Below, one piece after another: positions 49,601 through 58,600 of a stretch of 64,000 nucleotides of DNA. Within the stretch, counting starts at the first letter, position 1, and each line of letters begins with the position of its first letter. The stretch lies in the NCBI GenBank assembly GCA_016783605.1, contig JADHWG010000002.1:107-64106 (forward strand). Reading direction: 5' to 3'. The stretch comes from Candidatus Omnitrophota bacterium (GTDB taxonomy: Bacteria > Omnitrophota > Gorgyraeia > Tantalellales > Tantalellaceae). The translations under genes were made by a program, and so were the position numbers. Below the pieces are notes generated by a model, which worked only from the letters and a program-made list of their open reading frames with translations, was not told the origin of the DNA and searched no databases.

Positions 49601-52600
49601 GAGCGGGAAAAGATCATACAGGATCTAAATTTACAAAAGCGAAGGGCAAAATTTTAGTTCGAAACGTGCGTATCACGCCTCGAAGAGAAAAATATGCTCC
49701 GCCCGATTTCTGGCCAAAGGCGCCGAGCGCGCGCAAAAAAGTTTCGGGTGAAATAAAAATCCCTATTACAACAAACTGGCCGGTTAGGGAAGACGCGGGA
49801 AACTGGGCGGTTAAAGCGACGCACGTCAAGGGCGGTATTCTTGCTCTTACCGTGAAACTTCGCGGAGGGGACCCTGAAGGAAACCATAATAAAGGCGAAA
49901 CCTATCTTCCTCTATATGATAAGCGAGGCAAACGTGTCGTTCCTGTCCCGGGATTGCCTGAGGAAGGATATTTTGATGCTCGAGGCAAAGTTATTAAATC
50001 CATGGTTTGGGTTCCAAAAAGCTATGCCGAGGGCAAAAAGATCCCAAGTGCCATACAAACCGGAGCACACGATAAGCATTATAACTACCAGAACAACGCG
50101 TGGAATCCGTCACTTATAACTAAAAACCTCACTGGAAAATGGCATGAATTAAAATTTTATCCTATGGATCCGGCAGAAAACGAACCCGGATACACTGATG
50201 ATGATTTTTTGGTCGTTGCTTTTGGCGAACTTTTATTTAAAACAGGCCTTCCCGGCGCCACTTCACCTGATTACAAATGGGACGGACATATTTACTTTAC
50301 GGATATCCGCATTGAGACTGATGACCGTGTGTTCCCTGAACCCGTGCCGCCATTAATAAAAACGAAAATGTACGCTGAAAATCCAAAAGATAAACCGCCT
50401 GTTCCCATAGAGCTCTTTGAAATGCTTTCCGGCGCCGGCGGTTACGGTATTTTTGACTTTGATCATATTCCGGAGGGGCGAGCCGCGCTGGAGGAAAAAA
50501 TCAAAAAAATGCCTCCAAATGCCCGCGTTTGGCGCCATATGGCGCTTTTCGGAAGTCTTTCGCCGAACGGACCCATTTTGTTCGATGAGAATGATAATTT
50601 TATTGATTTTGGTTTCATTGATCCTGTAACAGGAAAAACGGTGATCATAGGCGTAGAAGGCATGAAAAAATGTGTAGACGAGAGACTTTCTATACTAAAG
50701 CAATATGGCAAAGTAGAGATTACGTCTCTTGTAGCGCATGATGCCGCGGACGGAAAAAAGAAAAAAGAAAACCGTATAGAAGGAGATCGGCCGAATCTTT
50801 TTACGGACTCAAAAAAATTCAAAAGATTTTTACAGGGCATTAAACCCATATTAGAACATATTCGTGACAAATGGAGGGCTCCGGTGCCGGATTCGGCAGG
50901 GCTTGATCTCATACAGCACAATTTTAATAATCCTAAAACTGTTGTCGCTATGTTGGAACTCTTTAACGAGCCGCTCAATATGGATACCGCGCAGGTTCCT
51001 GTGCCGTGTATTCAGAGGAGAATTCACGAATTATTTGAACTCGTCTATGAAATTGATCCTACATGGCTTCTTTCAACCGGAATGAGAGATTACGAGTCCT
51101 GGAAATATTTCGCGCACTTTGTGCTTCCCGAATATTATGACGGCATTAAAAATGTAAAAAATCCATTTTATAAAAATGTTGTACCGCAGTCTCACTGGTA
51201 CGGTGATAAAGAGAGTGTAACACCTCTTGCAACCAACGTGGGAAAATTCTTTATGCCGGAACACGTACTTTTCTGGCTAAAAGGAGAACTTGACCCGCGT
51301 ACGCCTGAAGAATATAAAGCCGCGATAGGCATAGTTGAGGTTATGCGGCAAGTTTATGTTTCAGCCTATGGCGGCGGTCTATTCTGGGTTGACGACGAAT
51401 TTTTGCCGAATTGGAAAGATTACCAGAAATTTTTTAAGGACAACACCGCGCAAGTTCCTTTTACTCCGCCCACCCCCGCTAAACCCGTACAGGTTGTAAT
51501 AACACAGGAAGTGCTCAAAACACTTCCTAACACGATAAAGGCAATCAAAGAGGGGAGTTTAACTTATCGGGACGTGACTATTTTCGCCCAAAGCGAATAC
51601 CCGATCACATTCAAAATGCTGACAGAAAAAGATGTAAATATCAAACTGACAAGAATCGGTCTTAGAACCGACATAATAGAAGCTCTTACGGGACTCGCGG
51701 AGTCGGTAATTCTGAGGGGCTATCCTCTAAATTATGAAACCATCTCCCGCGCGTTTAAAGAAATAATCACGCTCCATGCCGCGAAAGAACTAATGCCGCA
51801 TGCTAAGATGCTTCAGGAGAATGGCATAGCGGTTACGCATAAAAATCTAAGCCGTGTGCTTAAAAAAACATCCCCCTCTCTTATCCCGAAATGCGCTGAA
51901 AAAGCACCCCCCTCTGTCATCCCGGAATTTGCCGAAGGCGAATATCCGGGATCTTGTACCCACAAAAAACTAATCATGTCTTTAGCGGCCATGTTAACCA
52001 TGGCTCCGGTTGTTGCTAGTGCCAATTGGGGAAATATTGTGATGGAATCAGGCATATTTACGACCGTTATGAATTTTTGTTTTTTTGCTGTGCCTATTTT
52101 AGTTTTTTCCGCGGTTATGGTCGGCATATGTTTGACCGCGCAGAAGGTTTTAATTGATCCTTTGGCGAATGTTTTAGATCCCGGCTCTTCCCCCGCATCA
52201 AGTGCGGGGTTCGGCCGGGATGACAAAAAAGAGGAAGGCTCCGACTGGAATAACACATCTGGACACTTCACAAAAAAGGTAAAAATCGCGGGCAGGGCGC
52301 TTCCGGGGGTAGTTGTGGTTTTATTGTTAATCGCTGTCGGCGTAATTTACTGGATGCAAAAAACTACTCCGCCGGAATTTGTTCCTGAAAAACCGGTTTA
52401 TGAAGATGTTATTGATACAAAAGAAGAGAAACTGGAGATAGAGGAGCCGCGTCAGAAGAAATTTTCTAAAAAGCTGAAAGCAAACTCGCCTCGAGATGGA
52501 CCTGAAGACGCTGAAAAGCGTGAAAGGGAAGATACTTTAGAAAAAGAGCGCGCGGAGTTTGATAAAATATTTGGTATGTCTAAAGTGATTACTCATGCTG

Positions 52601-55600
52601 ATGGCTCGTATAAAATTGCGTATTATCCACCGGGTGCGGTTGTTTCTTCTGAAATATATTTTTATTCTGCAGACAAAACGCTCAATAAGATCAGCTATTT
52701 CGATCCCAATACAGGTATTCCTTCTTGCGACGCCTATCTGGACCCCAACGGTACGGAAATTAGCAGAGACTATTTTGATCCGAATATTCAGGATTTAACC
52801 AAAACAGTTTATCTAAGCCCCGACGGGAAAGAAACTTTTATCGTACGCAATCGTTATTCATCGCATTTATCTCAAATGGATCCGAATGGGGGCACAACGG
52901 AATATTATTTTGGCAGGAAGAGTAGTTTTTTCCCGAGTTCATTTGATATCTATGACACTTCAGGAGACAGGGCAACTCTTTTGATGCTTGATACGAATAG
53001 CTGGAGTTTGAAAGAACGAACTGATAGGGGGACGACAGAAGATGGTATTTCATATGAAACTATTACGGATTTACAAACTAATACGACAGCTTATCGCGAA
53101 TACTGGTCCGGGACGCTTATACAAATGTACTGGGAATCTCGGGATAGCGAAGGAAATGTTGGTGGACGGATATTTTACGATAAAAAAGGCATGTCGGTAG
53201 AGACACGAGACGCGAAAGATCGTGTAACGTTGTTAAAAAAAGAGGATCGGATTACCGAGACCAAATATTATCCCGGTAAACATGTGAATCAAATGGAGAG
53301 TGCTCACACAGAATATCTTGTTCCGAGAAACGGGATTTGTTCTGAAGCCATTTGGATGAATAGAGACGGTTCAAAAGATGCTCAGCAGTTTGATTATGAA
53401 GACAAAACATCGATGTGGAGAGAATTTAATAAAGATGATTCGTATGAAGAGACATATTTTGATGAAGAAGGGAAACAGTCAGAAGTTATCTATTATGACT
53501 CAAACAACAATGTTATCCAGCCGGCGGAGGAAGATGAAGAAGGCATAGAAATGGGTAGAGACGTCAGCCACCTAAAGAGAAATGTCACTCATTTAACGAC
53601 TCTCAGCCTAATCGCGTTTGCCGCCAGAGAATTAATCTTACCGGCTGTGTCTGAAGCTTACGGTGGAGGTTTTATAACCCGCGCGGTGATGACTGGTTTT
53701 GAAAATCCGGTTATTTCGGTTTTGATTCTTATGGCTCTTATCGGACTTGAGTTTTTTGTATACAAACTAAGGGTAAAAGCACTTAGTAAAAGAGCAGGAG
53801 ATTTTTACGCGCGCTCACGTGCTCGGACAGAATGGCTGATCGCGGCAGTTTTAACCATTTTTGTTTTTGGAACGGTTTTTCTTGTAAAAAATATTAAGCA
53901 CAAAGAACCGGCGCAAAACGTACAAAAAACTGAAGATATTCAAATTAAAAAGTCGGAAGAAGAAATTTCCGTTGATGTTAACGCGATCATTCGTCGTGTG
54001 AAAAAAAGAAGATACGGAACATATGGAAGACCGGAACCTTCTTCGCTTAAAAACATTCAATTGCCTGAAGCGATGCGGGAATTTGAGGGCTTGAGATTTC
54101 TTTATGAAAGTTCGGATGGCAAAACAGAGTTTTATGAGTCTCCGTATGAAAAGTTTGAGAAAATTAGTTTTCGATATAATCCAAACGATACTCTTATGCA
54201 GATTTCGGGTTTTGACGCGGAAGGAAACGATTATACAATTTATCGATCTTGGCCGAGGGGAAATAGTACTATTTACTCGCACACAGATGATTTGAAAAAA
54301 GATATGATCTTTAACTATGATTCGAATGGGAAATTAACTGATCAGACTAAGTATAATGATGACGGAGAATGTGATTGGAGAGACAATCAGGAAAACGGCA
54401 TATGGTACCACCATACATATGAGTATGGCCCGGACGGTTGGCTTAAAAAAGAAACTAAATTGGATGCTTTCGGGATCACCCCGCTAAAGGAGTGGGAGTA
54501 TGAGCCTGGAACTTATCTTCTGTTGCGGGAGACCAATTCCGATAAATCTTTTATAGAATATGACTACTCATATGACGACCCTGACGATCCGGAGGGATAT
54601 GAATGGAAGCAATTCGGGTGGCATTACGATCCCAATGGAGGGCTTGTTAAGACAGTCGAATATGATAGAGAGGGGAATATTGTTGATATTATCGATCCTG
54701 ACGGTAATCCCGCGCAAATGGTGGTGAACCCGACGGATGGTTCGTATTATTTTTATGCTATGGAGTATGGTGATAGAGCAGAATACCATTATTCTTCAAA
54801 GAATGAGTTTTTTAAAGAAGTAAGATATGATGGATCCCGAATATCGCGAATTATTGAACGCGTGTCTCCTAACGAAAAAAAGGATACACATATTTGGAAA
54901 GATAACACGTATAGCACCTATTATTCGGAAATCAATGAAGACGGGGATTTTATAAAAACCAATCGTGTGGAATATTTTAATTCCGAAGGATGGTCTATAA
55001 AAAAATATAACTACGAAACTAAAGAATGTAGTAAATTTGAATATCCGCCAAACGAAGCATATTTTATTGAGAAGTGCTATAGAGGCGAGAATTTCGAAAC
55101 ATTTATTGAAATTGTTCGTCATCCGTATCCCCAGAGTAAAAAATCAAGCGCTTATGACTCGAGCACAATGAATTTTTTAGCAAAAAAGGTTTTCTCGCCA
55201 ACCGGAGCAGGTTCCGCCGCGGCAGGGGCAATTTTGCTTTTTCCCGCCATCGCGAATGCTATAGGCAAAGTTTCGGGTTCGGCCGGTGTTCTGCCTGTAT
55301 CGACGGTTTTATTGCGTTTTTTAAGCCATCCCTTGAGTGCTGGAATTTTTGGGGCTGTGTTTGGAGTTATTGCATATCTGGCAATTGATTGGACTGCCGA
55401 GAAAATTCAAGAAGCGTCTGCGTCTTCAATAGGTTTTCCGGGAGAGATAAAGCTTACACGGTCAAGTTTTGTTAAGGGAGCTATTGGCGGTGTTCTTTTG
55501 TTTTTATGGTGGTTGTCTAATCCTTTTAGAGCATTTGGTTCAGATAAATCTGATCCATTTTTGAAAATATTTAAGTTGAATTCAGACGAAAAGGAGATAA

Positions 55601-58600
55601 AAGAATTTGATGTACAAAAGTATTCGGGAGCTTTTATTTATAGCGCAATGGTATTTTCTGAAAAAGGAGAGCTGATTGGAAAATTTCCTACTTTTCTCAT
55701 TAATAGAATTTTGGATAAGGAGACACATAATATCGTGGGATATTCATATATAGGGAAAGCAGGTATTTTCAATAAAGCAGGGCGTAAAATTGGAGCCATT
55801 ACACCGGACAGGGATATACAAAATATAGAAGGAAAAATTATCGGAAAAGTTGATGATTATCATAAAGGAGATTTGAAAAATAAAAGGGGAAAGATTGTTG
55901 CCATTCGCAGGGAGAGCGGCTGTGTCATGCTGGATATAAATGGGACGAATTACTTATTAAAACACGAAGATTTCTATTCTGAAAGAAAAGAAATGGTTAG
56001 CAAGTTTTTTAAGAATCTTTCGGTTGACGCGCAAAAAAAGATAATATCCGTTCTTGAATTATCAAAAGGGAGAGAACTTTCTTTGTTTATCAGAGATGTT
56101 GTTCTTACTTTAAGGGAATGGCATCTGCGAGAACATAATCCTATGGGGATAGGTGAACTGAGACAACTTATCAAAGCAGATGAACGGTCCAGTGCGATAT
56201 TAGTAAAATTCGTTTTATCCAATGAACTTTTCAGGGATCTGTTTGATGTAAGTTTTAATGAGCTTGTCAGTCGCGCACAAAAAACTAACAAATCATTCGC
56301 AGAATTTTTGCGAGTAGATGCTGGATTAAAAGATAATGATGTAGTTAAATTTTCGGGGATTTTAGCTTTATTCGGCGGATTAGAAAAGGCTGTTAAAGTT
56401 TATCCAAAATATCTTACGGGTGTAGTGCCTAAACTCTTTGAATCAGTAAAACAGTTAAAGAGAGAAGCATATTTTACAGAAAGGTTATATGAAAAAGTTC
56501 TGGCAGATAAATTTTTACATAAGACGGATTTTGAAAATGCACTTATAAACCTATATAAGTCTTTAGACCCCAAAAGTGTTAAAAGAGATCTGATCGAAAT
56601 AACTTCCAGCCTTTTAGGAGATAACCTTAGCGCGAACACAAAAAAAGAATTAAATTTAAAATCAATCGACACTTCTGCATATAAAAAGGTGCCATTGGAT
56701 AGTGTTGTTCACAATGATACCCTGGTTGTTAAAAACTATTTTTATGACAAAAGATGGTATGACTATTTGCTAAAAGTTTTGCCTGCCTTTGGATATCCTG
56801 AAGGAGGAATAAAAATAGAAAATAACGCGTTTCTTGCAACTCAAAGAATTAACGGAATTATGGTTAAGTTTATAGGAATCTTAAATTCCACAGAAGAAGA
56901 AAAGGGCGACCCGTTTTCTGAGTTAAAAGCTGGTATTCTTGTTCACAGAGGACATCAGGGAAAAGAAACACGAACGACCTTCAACGGCAGAGAAGCGCAA
57001 GTACCGTTACTTTTGCCGTTAGGTTGTCGGAGCGCGGGAGACGCGGATTGGCTTATCGCAGGGAAATATCCTGAAGCCGTAATGTGGGGAACCGGTGGAA
57101 CCGGGGAGGGTCTCAAAAACACGCCGTTTGTATTTCATCTGGTAAAAGCCATATGTAAAAAGGAATATACTACGTGGAAACAAGCTTATTCATATTTGGA
57201 ACAAAGACTTGGTAAAGGTGTTGCGAGAAACTATATGAGACCTGACAGTCTTACATTTATTCTTATCAAGGAGCTTAAAAAACGATACCCCGATGCTGTA
57301 AAAAATTATAATTTCCAGCTCTCAGAAACAACCCCCGCTCGCGCCGGACCTCGTCAATACGGCGATATCTTCGCGCCCAACATTACAAGAAGAGAAATGT
57401 TGCGCGGTAGTTTCCGCCTGCCGATAATCGGCATAATTCTTTCCGGCATTAGAAACAGGGATAAATCGACCGAGGATTCCCCGAGAAAAAACGATGAAAA
57501 AGAAAAAAGGAATGTTGAGAATAAAACGGAGCCTTTCGGGAAGAGACCGTTAAATATCAACCCAACGTTTATTGCACTGTTATTATTCGGTTTGTCAGTC
57601 TGGCTTTTGGGAGCGGAACGAAATCTTAGCAATATTAGTTGGCTGGCTATGGGTGCGCTATGCGGATGTCTTATTCTTTTTTTGGGAAAGCTCTATTCAG
57701 AAAAAGTGACTGCAGGGATAATAGTCTTTTTAAAAAATAACGGAGTATCAGTACCGACCATCTATAAATTGTGGAAGGTATCGAAGAATACACTACCTTT
57801 CGTGATGGCAATTATGTTTGTTATGACAGGCTGGTTTATGTGCAAAAAAATGTCTCCCGAGTATGCCAGTATGCGTATAGTAAGCGCCGTTGCTTTAAGC
57901 ATATTAAGCGGGTGTTTTTTGTTGGAAAAACAAACGGAAGAAGCTATGTTGCGACGAATGGACAAAATAGTAGTGGCAGGTCTCAATTTAATGATAAGAG
58001 TGTTCAGTTTGGTGATAATAGAGGGGTATAATTCAGCGGTGACAATTATTAATTCACTCAATGAAAAAATAATGGAGTTTAGAAATGGTGTTCGTAAAAA
58101 TGATAAATCCGATTTTACGATTACGCTTGGCGTTTCGTCTGAGATCTATAAGAAACTTATCTCGAAAGACGCTATTTCCGAATTGTACAAAAGGGGAATT
58201 AATCGCGTGGTAAGCTTAGACAAATTCGGTGCGAGAGAAGAGATGATGCGTGAGCTTAGTGAGAAAACAAAAGGTGAAAAGGTTATCTGTCTGCTTTTGG
58301 ATGAAACCACGTTCGGGCAGTTGGATCTAAAAGATTCGCAGGGTAATATGAAAATGAAAAAATTTATGAACACGGTTGATCTATTTGTCGAAAGGGCTCA
58401 AAAAGATATTTTTCCCTTGATGCATCCGGAACTTACGCGAATCAATGCCGAAACAGTAAAAAAGATCAATGACGCCGCTAAACTTAGGGGTTTTCTTGAC
58501 ATGCACGCGAGAACTTTGCGGGAAGTGGAATCTCTTGAACTTGTGGACAAAAGTATTTATGACGAACGGTTGGCAGATCTTCAATCCGTGCTTTTTTCGA

